Part shown: one piece after another, positions 18,414-27,872 of the stretch
Numbering within the stretch: position 1 is the stretch's first letter
Layout of the letters: each line of letters opens with the position of its first letter
Assembly (NCBI GenBank): GCA_050115495.1
Contig: JASFQK010000044.1
Location: 1-51,673, forward strand
Direction: 5' to 3'
Length of the DNA stretch: 51,673 nucleotides
Source: Phycisphaerae bacterium
Lineage (GTDB): Bacteria; Planctomycetota; Phycisphaerae; UBA1845; Fen-1342
Notes under the pieces: generated by a model
What the model saw: the letters and a program-made list of their open reading frames with translations, nothing else
Database searches by the model: none
What the model was told of the DNA's origin: nothing
Made by a program: the position numbers and the translations under genes

Positions 18414-18625
18414 CACTGGTGGGCAAGCCACCAGTGGCACCCGACGTCCTCCGGTGTGTGGCATGCTGAAGCCGAAGGCGCCGGCATGTCTTCCTCTCGC
18501 GTTGGGAATCACATGCCGGCGCTGCGCTTCGGCATGCCACACCCGCCGCGGCGTTCCTGGCGTTCGACGTCGGCCACGGGGGGCCGACGCTACGAAGACG
18601 TCCGGCGCGGCAGGAGACGCAACGC
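18414..18625. repeat. Composite REP cluster: family A (18414-18442), family B long hairpin (18456-18542), family C GTAG doublet on the minus strand (about 18560-18625)
   Basis: A matches 6867. B (GTGTGGCATG...CATGCCACAC) matches 42341-42431. C reverse complement GTAGCGTCGGCCCCCCGTGGCCGACGTCGAACGCC matches 42231-42265. Confidence 0.85.
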
Positions 18626-18717
18626 GTGGGGCATGGCGACGCGTGCGGCGTTGCCGGTACACTACGTCAACCGCAGACGTATCGGGGGCCGTGTCCCCGC
18701 CCGTGAGAGAGGCGTAT

Positions 18718-19305
18718 ATGACGTTCCGCCACGAACTGCTCCGCAAGACCATCCACGCCGGCTCCGCCGTGTGCCCGCTGATCTACGGGCTGCTCGGCAA
18801 GGAAGGCAGTCTGTGGATCGCCATTCCGATCACGATCGCCTTCATCATCATCGACGTCCTTCGGCGGCAGTCCGGCCCCGTCCAGCGTCTGTACGGGCGA
18901 CTCTTCGGGGCCGTCACGCGCCGCCACGAAGCGCGGCACTTCTGCGGGGCGACGTACGTGATGATCGCCGTGGTGCTGTGCATCGTGCTGTTCCCGCGGC
19001 CGGTGGCCATCGCGTCGATGCTGTTTCTGAGCATCTCGGACGCGGTGGCGTCACTGGTCGGTTTGACGATCGGCCGGCCGCGCTGGTCGGACAAGAGCGC
19101 CGCCGGCAGCGCTGCGTTTCTGGTGACCGCTGTGCTCATCGCCCTGCTGTGCCTGCCGGACGCAAAGGCGTTGGGCGTGATCGGCGCCATAGCGGCCACC
19201 GTGGTCGAAGCCCTGCCCATCCGCGTGGGTCCGTTGCGGTTGGACGACAACCTGACCGTCCCCCTGGCCGGCGGCGTGGTCATGACCTTGCTCCTGCAAG
19301 CGTGA
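18718..19305 (+). CDS. CTP-dependent polyprenol/phytol/diacylglycerol kinase family membrane protein (SEC59/DGK1/VTE5-like)
   Basis: ELLRKTIH, R.HE, SDAVASLVG, KS..GS, DDNLTVP. Confidence 0.85.
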   Translation: MTFRHELLRKTIHAGSAVCPLIYGLLGKEGSLWIAIPITIAFIIIDVLRRQSGPVQRLYGRLFGAVTRRHEARHFCGATYVMIAVVLCIVLFPRPVAIASMLFLSISDAVASLVGLTIGRPRWSDKSAAGSAAFLVTAVLIALLCLPDAKALGVIGAIAATVVEALPIRVGPLRLDDNLTVPLAGGVVMTLLLQA

Positions 19306-19314
19306 CGCGCGAAC

Positions 19315-19360
19315 AAAAGAAAGGCCGCCGGCGGACCGTAAACGGTCGGGCCGGCGGCCG
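19315..19360 (-). terminator. Intrinsic terminator of the 950-aa gene
   Basis: GGCCGCCGGC...GCCGGCGGCC stem followed by TTTCTTTT on the minus strand. Confidence 0.75.
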
Positions 19361-19383
19361 GTGGACCCACCCCGAAGGTCCAA

Positions 19384-22236
19384 TTACGGACAGCCACCGT
19401 TCAGCACGCACTGAATGAACGGGCTGATGTCGAAGTTATCCACGCTCCCGTCGCGGTTGACGTCCAGGGCGCAGTAGTACTCGCACGTGTACGTGGCCTG
19501 CCACGCCGGCGGGTTGATCAAACCCAGGATGAACGGGCTGATGTCGAAGTTGTCGACGTTCCCGTCGCAGTTGGCGTCGGCCTTGCGCTGCACGGTCAGT
19601 TGGGCCGGGGCACTGGTGGCCATACCGAAACCGTTGTTGACGTCCACCCAGTATTGGCCGGCGTCGGCGCCGCCCACGTCGTCGAGCGTCAGCACCGGGC
19701 TGTTCGGCCCGACGGGTGCACCGTCGTGGTACCACTGGTAGTTCAGCACCGGCGCCCCGCAGATCACCACGTTGAACGTGACCGTATCGTCTTCGCAGGC
19801 GTCCACGTCCGCCGGATCGGCGATGACGAACGGTGGGAGCGTTGCGCAGGTCGTGCCCACGCCCATTGGTGTGCCGCCCAGGTTCATGCAGTCGATGGGC
19901 AGCAGGTCCGCACACGTTCCGTCGCCGAAGCAGCAGGCCTCGGTCTGCGGCTCCTCATTGAGCGACTCCGGCCAGATGGTCAGGGCGTCGATATCGTCTT
20001 CCAGCGGGTCGGTGAACATGAAGGGCGGCGTGCCCGTGAGGAACGAAACGTACACGACGCGAGGATCCCAACCGCCGGACTCGTCACCGGGCGTCAGCGG
20101 ATCGTTCTCGTCCACGCTGAAGAGCACGGCGAGGAACCGGCCGCCCGCACCCGGCATCTCGAGGAACGTGAACTCGAAGGCATCCACGTCGGTCTCTTCC
20201 GGAATGCCCAGGTGCATCTCGTCGATGATCTGCATCGCGCCCCAGGGCGTGACCTGGTAGATGCCGCCGGGATCGAGGCCAAGATTCGCCTCGTGGTCCG
20301 GGCTGAAGTACCAGTACGGGCACTGGTCCTCGCTGCGCACGATGTCGAGCGAGTCGACGTCGTCGTCCTGCCGCTCGTCACCCATGTTGGGATTGGGGGC
20401 CAGGCTCGCGTGCACGGTCATCTCGTCGGCGATCGGGTAGATCGTCTGGAGCGGCCACGGCGGCGGACCGCCGACCGGGAGCATGTCCACGCCGATGATC
20501 TCGTCGCGGCCGACGGCGGTGCCGTAGCTGCTCACGCCAGCGGGCGAAGGCACTGTGACCGGGACGTCGGCCGGCGGCCACCCGGGGGCCATGTCGTCGT
20601 CCATCGAGATCATGAGGTGCTCGGGGCTGTAGATGCACGTCGACAGGAACTCGGGGATCGGCTCGCCGTTGGGCTCGGGCGGGATGATCTGGTACTCGAA
20701 CAGGTCGATGTCGAGCTGATCGTGGCCGTCCAGATCGAAGTACTCGTGGTACATCTCCGGCGTGCCGTGGCCGACGGGCACAGCCGTGCCGCCGGTCGCG
20801 TCGGGCGGATCGGGCCACGGGTCGTACTGGAAGATGAACAGGTCGTCCTTGAAGCCGTCACGGCCGGGCGGCAGGACCGGGGCGCTCTGCCACCAGTAGA
20901 CGTCGCCGGGATCGAAAGCCTCGTCGCCGTCTATGAACGGATCGCTCATCTCCTTGTCCGAGCCGATGTCGACGGAAAACTCGAACGCGTAATCAGTCGG
21001 CCCCTCCTCGATGATCACTTGGTAATCCTCGACCTCGCCGTCGGGGGCCGGCCCATCGAACGGAAGCATGGCGCCGGCCAGGGTCGTGAAGCGGAAACGG
21101 GCAAAAGTGACCAGTCCCGGCGGCGCGAATGCCGGCACGGGGAAGGTCAGTGTGTTCACGCCGGCCGCGAGTGGCTGGCCCATGAAGATCTGATCGCCGG
21201 CCTCGGCCCAGCTCCCGTCGCCAGCGAAGTCCAGCCAGGCGTCGAGCTGGCCCGGCACGGACGCCACGACTTGCACAGTGGCGTTTCCGCCGGGAACGAT
21301 CGGCGTGAGGAACGTGACACCGTCCTCGTCGTCGATCGTAGCGATGTCGTCGCCCAGGGCGTTCGGATGCGGTTGGCCGTCGGGCTCGGAGTCGATGGCG
21401 GCTCCGAGGAAGACACCGGGGGCAATCGCGTGGTTGGCGCCGTTGCTGGCGGCGAGCGTGGGATAGGTCGGGTCGGGGGCGTCACCCCAGTCGAGCTCCT
21501 CACCGCCTTCAGTGACGACCACAAACGCCAGGTCGATCGCAAACGGATGCATCTCGTGACCGGGCGGGTAACGCAGCTCCTCCCAAGGCCCGGGGTACGG
21601 CTCAATGCCCTGCCCCCAGACCGCGGCGTCGTTCCAGTGGTCGACGGAAGTCTTCCAGCCGAAGCGCGCATCCGGATCCAGCGGCTGAGCCTGAACATCG
21701 AGCCAGTAGACGAGCGGATGATCCGGCGTCCCCTCCTGGAAGAAGGCGTCGGCCTCAGGAATGCGGAAGTTGTACTGCCAGCAGGTCCAGTCCGCCGGGA
21801 AGAAGTACATGTCCGGCGGCGTCATCCAGCCTTCCTCGATGTCCGTAGCCCACGGACGGGCGCTGAACTCGCCGGGCTGGAAGGTCCGGAGCCAGAGCAC
21901 CTCGCCCGGCATGCTGTAGCCGGTGGGGCTCTCGTCGGCGGGGATATCCTTGTGGATGCTCAGGGTGAAGATGACCCCGTCGGGAAGCTCGCCGAAGGGG
22001 ATACGGTCGTACAGCCACGATCCCCAGATGTGAATCTGGATGATCGGGCCGGGCATCGTGCACTCCCAGTCGTCAGCCAGGATAAGCGGCTCGACGGCGT
22101 CCACATCAATGCCCAGGGGGCTCAGATCAGGGAATTGCACCCATTTCGCCGCCTGATCGGGATCCCAGTCGGCGTACGCCGGTGTGGTCAGAACTAGGGC
22201 CGCTCCCAACAGGATGGCCACGGCTCGCGCTGTCAT
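19384..22236 (-). CDS. Secreted multidomain protein: N-terminal beta-domain, GEVED domain, acidic DDxDxL-repeat domain, Cys-rich ACC module, Ig-like domain, dockerin-like C-terminus
   Basis: Signal peptide; DWGDAPD...DGEVEDY; YQWYHDG...DAGQYWV; two DxNxDGxVDNFD loops ending VLNGGCP. Confidence 0.88.
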   Translation of the reverse strand: MTARAVAILLGAALVLTTPAYADWDPDQAAKWVQFPDLSPLGIDVDAVEPLILADDWECTMPGPIIQIHIWGSWLYDRIPFGELPDGVIFTLSIHKDIPADESPTGYSMPGEVLWLRTFQPGEFSARPWATDIEEGWMTPPDMYFFPADWTCWQYNFRIPEADAFFQEGTPDHPLVYWLDVQAQPLDPDARFGWKTSVDHWNDAAVWGQGIEPYPGPWEELRYPPGHEMHPFAIDLAFVVVTEGGEELDWGDAPDPTYPTLAASNGANHAIAPGVFLGAAIDSEPDGQPHPNALGDDIATIDDEDGVTFLTPIVPGGNATVQVVASVPGQLDAWLDFAGDGSWAEAGDQIFMGQPLAAGVNTLTFPVPAFAPPGLVTFARFRFTTLAGAMLPFDGPAPDGEVEDYQVIIEEGPTDYAFEFSVDIGSDKEMSDPFIDGDEAFDPGDVYWWQSAPVLPPGRDGFKDDLFIFQYDPWPDPPDATGGTAVPVGHGTPEMYHEYFDLDGHDQLDIDLFEYQIIPPEPNGEPIPEFLSTCIYSPEHLMISMDDDMAPGWPPADVPVTVPSPAGVSSYGTAVGRDEIIGVDMLPVGGPPPWPLQTIYPIADEMTVHASLAPNPNMGDERQDDDVDSLDIVRSEDQCPYWYFSPDHEANLGLDPGGIYQVTPWGAMQIIDEMHLGIPEETDVDAFEFTFLEMPGAGGRFLAVLFSVDENDPLTPGDESGGWDPRVVYVSFLTGTPPFMFTDPLEDDIDALTIWPESLNEEPQTEACCFGDGTCADLLPIDCMNLGGTPMGVGTTCATLPPFVIADPADVDACEDDTVTFNVVICGAPVLNYQWYHDGAPVGPNSPVLTLDDVGGADAGQYWVDVNNGFGMATSAPAQLTVQRKADANCDGNVDNFDISPFILGLINPPAWQATYTCEYYCALDVNRDGSVDNFDISPFIQCVLNGGCP

Positions 22237-22410
22237 GGCAATCTCTCCTTCTTCTCAGTGAACTACATCATGTTCATCGCGCTGTGCGCACGTTCCACCG
22301 GACGATTCCACACGCCCGTATCTCGTCCCTGGTTGTGAAGCTGCAAAGGCCGTCGATTTGCTCTGCCTCGCGTCGCTCGCCTCGGCGTCGCGTCGCATGG
22401 CAGGTCACCC

Positions 22411-22441
22411 GTAGATAGACCGCGACAGCCGGCGTCTGACA
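22411..22441 (-). promoter_or_regulatory. Candidate ECF promoter for the 950-aa gene
   Basis: Minus strand TGTCAGA-cgccggctgtcgcg-GTCTA-tc-TAC; same boxes and spacing as 23173-23203. Confidence 0.7.
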
Positions 22442-22552
22442 CACGAAACGCTTTTTCCCGGCCTCCGCGGGGCAGGAAACCGCGGTGACGCCGCGCCGTC
22501 CCTCGCGACTGCACCTTGTTATCGGCGAAGCGATTTGCCACAATGGCCGAGG

Positions 22553-23149
22553 ATGGAGCCTGTCGACACGACGCACCTGACGTTTCTGCTACGGTTGCGC
22601 GACCGGGCAGACAAGCTGAGCTGGCCGGAGTTCCATGAACGCTACGGCCAGTTGCTCTACCGCTATGCCCGGGCCCGCGGAGCGGCGCACGCCGACGCCG
22701 AGGACATCGTCCAGGAAGTGGAGATGTACCTGTTCAAGGCGATCGGCGACTTCGAGTACGACGCTCGCAAGGGACGATTCCGGGCGTACTTGCGCTCGGC
22801 CGTCGTGCACGCCATGGGCCGTCGGGCCAACCGCCAGGCTCACCAGCCCGCTGCCGTCGATCCGCACAACTTCGACCACATCGCCAGCGAGAAGGAAGCC
22901 AGCGCCGACGCCCGCTGGGAGCGCGAATGGCAGCTCAACCGCCTGCGCTGGGCCGTACGCTCGGTCGGCCGCGAGTTCGACCAAACCACGCTCCGAGCCT
23001 TCGAGCTGCACGTGCTGGCCGGCCAGGACGTTACGGACACCGCCGCCCAGCTCGGTCTGAGCAAGGCCAGCGTCTACCAGGCCAAGAGCCGGATCCTCAA
23101 GCGAATCAAGGAGCGACTGGCGGAACTCGATCCCGAAGGGGACACGTAG
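22553..23149 (+). CDS. ECF-family RNA polymerase sigma factor (Ser/Thr-kinase-associated type)
   Basis: Region 2 W.EF..RY...DAEDIVQEV...GRFRAYL; region 4 AAQLGLSKASVYQAKSRIL. Confidence 0.92.
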   Translation: MEPVDTTHLTFLLRLRDRADKLSWPEFHERYGQLLYRYARARGAAHADAEDIVQEVEMYLFKAIGDFEYDARKGRFRAYLRSAVVHAMGRRANRQAHQPAAVDPHNFDHIASEKEASADARWEREWQLNRLRWAVRSVGREFDQTTLRAFELHVLAGQDVTDTAAQLGLSKASVYQAKSRILKRIKERLAELDPEGDT

Positions 23150-23172
23150 TCCCGCCCCCCGCGAGATTTTTC

Positions 23173-23203
23173 TGTCAGAACCGCCAGAGCGGCGTCTAGT
23201 TAC
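23173..23203 (+). promoter_or_regulatory. Candidate ECF promoter for the kinase operon
   Basis: TGTCAGA-accgccagagcggc-GTCTA-gt-TAC, 36 nt upstream of the kinase ATG. Confidence 0.7.
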
Positions 23204-23239
23204 TGGTGTCAGGCGTAGCAGCGGCGGAGGGACGCCGAC

Positions 23240-26164
23240 ATGGTTCAGACAAGGTGTCCAGAATGCGGCGCGTCGCTCAACAGCGCCGCTGGAACGGCCC
23301 GCCAGGTCTGCCCCCAGTGTGCGCAAACGGTGGCTCCTGAGCAGGTCGAAGACGGGCAGGCGGACGAGGTCGCCCTGATCGCCGACCTCCGGGAGGCGTT
23401 CGGCTTCAGGAATGGCAGTTCGGCCCATGCGGCGGCCGACCTGGCGGACTCGGCCCGGGAGGGCTCCGACCCCTTCGGTCTGCGCTGCGGGCCGGCGTCG
23501 TTCCCGGCCGGGACGCGGCTCGGTGATTTCGAGATCGACGGCGAGATCGGACGCGGCGGGATGGGCGTCGTTTACCGTGCTCGGCAAGTCTCCCTCGGCC
23601 GGCACGTGGCGCTCAAGGTTCTGCCTGGCTACGCCCGCCACGGCCGGCTCGCCGTCGAACGTTTCCGCGCCGAGGCCCAGGCGGCCGCCCGCCTGCACCA
23701 TACCAACGTCGTCCCGGTCTACGCCCAGGGCGAAGCCAACGGCCACTACTTCTATGCGATGGAGCTGATCGACGGCGTCAGCCTCGACACCGTCATCCGC
23801 AGCCGGCCCGACCTGCTCAGCACCGCCGCCCTGCATGGCAGCTCCTCCGCCCTACGGTTCAAGACGGAGCACGATGCCGCCCCGGTCCCGCCCGGCTCCT
23901 CCGAATCGGCCGTCCACACAACGGGTGCGGCCGTGCCCGACCATGACGCCGCTGCCGCCCGCGCCGCCTGGACGCGGGCGGACTACCGCCACGTCGCCCA
24001 CCTCGTCGCCGAGGTCGCCGACGCCCTGGCCTGTGCCCATCGGCACGGCGTCATCCACCGCGACGTCAAGCCGCACAACCTGCTGCTGGCTGCGAACAAC
24101 CACCTGCACCTGACCGACTTCGGCCTGGCCCGTCTCACCGACGAGCCGCACCTCACGGTCAGCGGCGAGATCATGGGTACGGCCGCCTATCTCTCCCCCG
24201 AGCACATCCAGGGCCCCGCCGACGCCGTCGACCACCGCACGGACATCTACTCGCTCGGCGTCACGCTCTACGAGATGGTGACCGGGCGCAAGCCGTTCGA
24301 CGGCGAATCGCGTGAGCAGATCATCGACCAGATCGTCCGCGCCGAGCCGCTGGCCCCCCGCCGGATTGACCGCCGCATTCCCGTCGATCTCGAGACCATC
24401 TGCCTGCGGGCGATCGAGAAAGACCCGAGCCGGCGTCATCCGACCGCGGCGATGCTCGCGGAGGACCTGCGCCGCTTCGCCGTCGGCCGTCCAATCCTGT
24501 CGCGAAGGACCAGCACGTTCGAAAAAACCGCCAAGTGGGTCCGCCGGCACAAGACCCTCACCGCCGCGGGCCTTGCTGTGGCGGCTGTCCTCGTGCTGAG
24601 CGTCGTGCTTGTGCTCAGCACGCGGGCCGGCCGCCACCGGGAGGCGAACGAGCTGCTGGACCGCGCCTACACGCAACTGGCCTTCACCGACTACCACACG
24701 CCGCATCGCGTCGCCGACGATCTTGCCCGGGCCGCCACCCTCGGAGCTGACCCTTACGAGCTGCGGCTCACGCAGACCCTGTCCTGCCTGGGCACCGGCG
24801 ATACGGCCGGGGCCATCAAGCTGCTTAAGGAAGTCCTGGCCGACGACCCGCCCGATCTGCGGCCGTGGTACCTGCTGGCCTGGGCGCAGTGGCGCGGCAG
24901 CGACTACGACGCGGCCCGGGAGACTCTCGCCCAGGCCGAGCAGCGCGGCCCGCCAAAGCGGGCAGAATCCTGGTTCTTCCGCGGGCTGGCCATTCATTAC
25001 GAAGACCCGCAGGCGGCCATCGAGTCGTATCGCGAGGCGAACGCCTGGAAGGCCCGCGTTCGCGGCTTCTACCCGCAGGCCGTCCTGCACCTGGCCCGGG
25101 CGCAGAACCAACAGGTCTACGCCACACGCAGCCTGGAAGCGTTCCCGGAAGCCGACGCCAGCCTGCGCCAGTTGATCGCCCACGGGTACTACGGCGCCTA
25201 CCCGTACTATCTGCTGTCGATCACCCACCGCCTCGCCGCCGAGATCTACGCCGGCAGCGGCGGCACACGCGACGACACGCCCGTGCGCGAGCACTACAAC
25301 GAGAGCCTGCACTGGGCGCGGGCCGGTCAGACGCTCGAGCCGCTGAATGACCGCCCGGTCGTCGCCGAGGCCGAATGCCTCGAAAGCATGGGTGACTACG
25401 CCGGCGCCATCGACGCCCGCAGCCGTGCCCTGGAGCTCGCGCTCCGCGACGTGGCCCGCTGCGAGGAGTATCACTACCGCTGGCGACTGTACTTCTGGAC
25501 CGGCGACCTGGACGCCGCTCTGGCAGACGCCCAGGCTCACGCCGCGTGCGTTCCGGGCAACATCCAGTACGCCCACGTATACCCTGCCCTGATCCACGCC
25601 GAGCGGGGCGAGTTCGACGAGGCCCTCACCCACGCCCGCGCCATCGCCGACGAAGCCCCCAACGACGCCAACGCTGTGCTCTGGTCCGCGGCGTGCCTGC
25701 GTTTGCTCGGCCAGGGTGACGAGGCGGCCGCCCTGCTGGCCGACCGCGCCGCGACGATCGACTACACCGCCAGCTTCAGCCCGCCACAAAGCGAGCAGTG
25801 GCTGCGCACACTGTACGCGTACTGCCAGACGGGCGGCTCGCTCGACGAGCTTTACGACCTCGCAGATCGGGAACGTGCCCCCTGGAAGCTCTGGGGCGAG
25901 GCGGAATTCCACGCCGCTGTGCTGCTGCTGAGCGAAGGCGATCGCGAGGACGCCATGGTGCATCTGCGGCGTGCTTATCGGTCCTTCGACAGCGAGATGC
26001 GCTACACGTACCACGCGAAGCTCCTGCTCCGGAAAATGCAGCAAGATCCCGCGTGGCCCGGCTGGCTGCGGTTATCATGGGTGCATACACGTGAAGCGGT
26101 CCCGGGCGACGACCTGCCCAATGTCATCGGGCCGGTCAGCCAGGGAGAGGGAGGTGGTCCATGA
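23240..26164 (+). CDS. Hanks-type Ser/Thr protein kinase with N-terminal Zn ribbon, one TM and C-terminal TPR-like repeats
   Basis: CPECG...CPQC; GRGGMGVVY, VALK, HRDVKPHN, DFG, GTAAYLSPE, DIYSLG; TM AAGLAVAAVLVLSVVLVLS. Confidence 0.93.
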   Translation: MVQTRCPECGASLNSAAGTARQVCPQCAQTVAPEQVEDGQADEVALIADLREAFGFRNGSSAHAAADLADSAREGSDPFGLRCGPASFPAGTRLGDFEIDGEIGRGGMGVVYRARQVSLGRHVALKVLPGYARHGRLAVERFRAEAQAAARLHHTNVVPVYAQGEANGHYFYAMELIDGVSLDTVIRSRPDLLSTAALHGSSSALRFKTEHDAAPVPPGSSESAVHTTGAAVPDHDAAAARAAWTRADYRHVAHLVAEVADALACAHRHGVIHRDVKPHNLLLAANNHLHLTDFGLARLTDEPHLTVSGEIMGTAAYLSPEHIQGPADAVDHRTDIYSLGVTLYEMVTGRKPFDGESREQIIDQIVRAEPLAPRRIDRRIPVDLETICLRAIEKDPSRRHPTAAMLAEDLRRFAVGRPILSRRTSTFEKTAKWVRRHKTLTAAGLAVAAVLVLSVVLVLSTRAGRHREANELLDRAYTQLAFTDYHTPHRVADDLARAATLGADPYELRLTQTLSCLGTGDTAGAIKLLKEVLADDPPDLRPWYLLAWAQWRGSDYDAARETLAQAEQRGPPKRAESWFFRGLAIHYEDPQAAIESYREANAWKARVRGFYPQAVLHLARAQNQQVYATRSLEAFPEADASLRQLIAHGYYGAYPYYLLSITHRLAAEIYAGSGGTRDDTPVREHYNESLHWARAGQTLEPLNDRPVVAEAECLESMGDYAGAIDARSRALELALRDVARCEEYHYRWRLYFWTGDLDAALADAQAHAACVPGNIQYAHVYPALIHAERGEFDEALTHARAIADEAPNDANAVLWSAACLRLLGQGDEAAALLADRAATIDYTASFSPPQSEQWLRTLYAYCQTGGSLDELYDLADRERAPWKLWGEAEFHAAVLLLSEGDREDAMVHLRRAYRSFDSEMRYTYHAKLLLRKMQQDPAWPGWLRLSWVHTREAVPGDDLPNVIGPVSQGEGGGP

Positions 26165-27498
26165 CGCGTTGCTTGACCCGTGCGCCCCGAGACGGTGCGC
26201 TGTCCCCTGTCGGCCTGTGTGCGCTCCTGCTCTGCGCTGCCATCCTGGCGGTGCCCGTCTGCGCCACGCACCCGCGGGAACCACTGGCGCCACCGGTCTT
26301 CAGCTTCGACCACGATTCACCGACGGTCATCGCCGGGATCGTCAGCGCCGGCGATCTGCTCATGCCCGACCCGGAGGGATCGCACCCGATGATCGTTGTA
26401 CCCGCCATCAACCTCGGGCTGATCTCCCCGCTCGATCACGTCGACGCGATCTCCCTCGACGCGTCGCTGCTCCACTCCGGCGAGCGCTATGGCCTGCTGT
26501 TGTCCGTCACCCGCGTCACCGTCGGTGGTCCGCCGCCTGAACCGATGCTGTCCGCTCTCGGCCTGCCGTTCAACGTCACCGATCAGGCTGAGCGCGGCCA
26601 CGCCGCTGGCGACCAGTTCATGTCCACCATCCTGTTTGACCCGGGGAAACGCGGCGTGCTGCGCGGCGGGCCCCAGAACAACATTCTCAACCGCAACAAC
26701 TACGACGAGGGCGGCACCGATTTCGACGGTCAACCGCCCACCCACGCCCACGACAGCGTTGGCTCCGTCCCCCAGGACAACGTCGACGGCACCGGGACAC
26801 CTCCCGCAGGCCGCCACGGCGGGTTCCCTGAACCGATCGAGAACGTCTTCTTCTCGCTCACCGCCCAGTCGCCGTCACTCGACATTCTCCCCGCGCCGGA
26901 CCCCAGCGGCGCGAACGTCTACTTCAACCCGACACCACAGCTCCCGTCCGAGACACGGCTGTTCGCATCTTGCTATGACCTCGGTCTCCAGGTCGTGGAC
27001 GACATCGACGCCATGATTGTCGATGACCAGGATCTCGACGGCTGTTTCGACCCGGAAGACTGCGTGCTGTTCTCGCTCGCGCCCGGCTCGCCATCGCTCT
27101 ACACGATCCCCGGGGCCAGTCAGCTCAACCCGGCGGCCGACGTCTTCATCGCCCGGCTGTACGAACCCGCCACCCTCTTCACGCCGGCGGAGTCGCTTGG
27201 TCTCCAGTTGCCGCCGGACGACGTCGACGCCCTCGACCTGTACGCCTGCGACGAGCCCATTGCCTGCGCGGAAGCCCACGGCATCCTGGCCCTGGCCGGC
27301 GACCTCAACTGCGACACCGCCATCAACAACTTCGACATCAGCGCCTTCGTGCTCGTCCTGACCAGCTCGCCGCCCGACTATCCCGAGTACTACGCGCGCT
27401 ATCCCGACTGCTGGCACCTGTTGGCCGACATCAACGGTGACGGAGCCGTCGACAATTTCGACATCAGCCCCTTCGTCAGCCTGCTGTTGGGTCCGTAG
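26161..27498 (+). CDS. Secreted acidic-repeat protein with dockerin-like C-terminus
   Basis: ATGA overlap with the kinase; signal peptide; repeated LGL...D(D/H)(V/I)DA; GDLNCDTAINNFD / ADINGDGAVDNFD. Confidence 0.85.
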   Translation: MTRCLTRAPRDGALSPVGLCALLLCAAILAVPVCATHPREPLAPPVFSFDHDSPTVIAGIVSAGDLLMPDPEGSHPMIVVPAINLGLISPLDHVDAISLDASLLHSGERYGLLLSVTRVTVGGPPPEPMLSALGLPFNVTDQAERGHAAGDQFMSTILFDPGKRGVLRGGPQNNILNRNNYDEGGTDFDGQPPTHAHDSVGSVPQDNVDGTGTPPAGRHGGFPEPIENVFFSLTAQSPSLDILPAPDPSGANVYFNPTPQLPSETRLFASCYDLGLQVVDDIDAMIVDDQDLDGCFDPEDCVLFSLAPGSPSLYTIPGASQLNPAADVFIARLYEPATLFTPAESLGLQLPPDDVDALDLYACDEPIACAEAHGILALAGDLNCDTAINNFDISAFVLVLTSSPPDYPEYYARYPDCWHLLADINGDGAVDNFDISPFVSLLLGP

Positions 27499-27872
27499 AG
27501 GCTCACCCGCCGTCCACCTGTGCAGCCGCCCGCCGCCCCGGCCGGCTGACACCTGAGGTATCCACCCCACCACCCCGCCGCGGCGCGTCTGCTGGCGGTC
27601 CCTGACCCCTTCTGCACGATTTTCTGTCCGATATTGTTACGGAAACCGCTCCCGCACGACTATAGACGTGGGTCTTGTTGTTCGGTGCCGTTGATCTCCG
27701 GCCGGCGGCGGCCCGGTACACGTCCCTCGCCGCGACAAGTGCCGTTGTCGTTGGTGTGAGGTTCACGCTGCGACCGGGCCGCGCCGGCCCTCGCTACTCA
27801 CGGCGAGCGCGACACGGCCTCGGCGGCCGTATCTGTCGCTCGCCTCGGCACGTGAATGTGTGGAGGGTACCC

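Noticed and set aside
22519..22545. Additional sigma-28 promoters at GCCGATAA/GCCGACAA (also near 36688 and 14971)
   Set aside because: The -10-like boxes lack a TAAA/TCAG-type -35 at 15-nt spacing.
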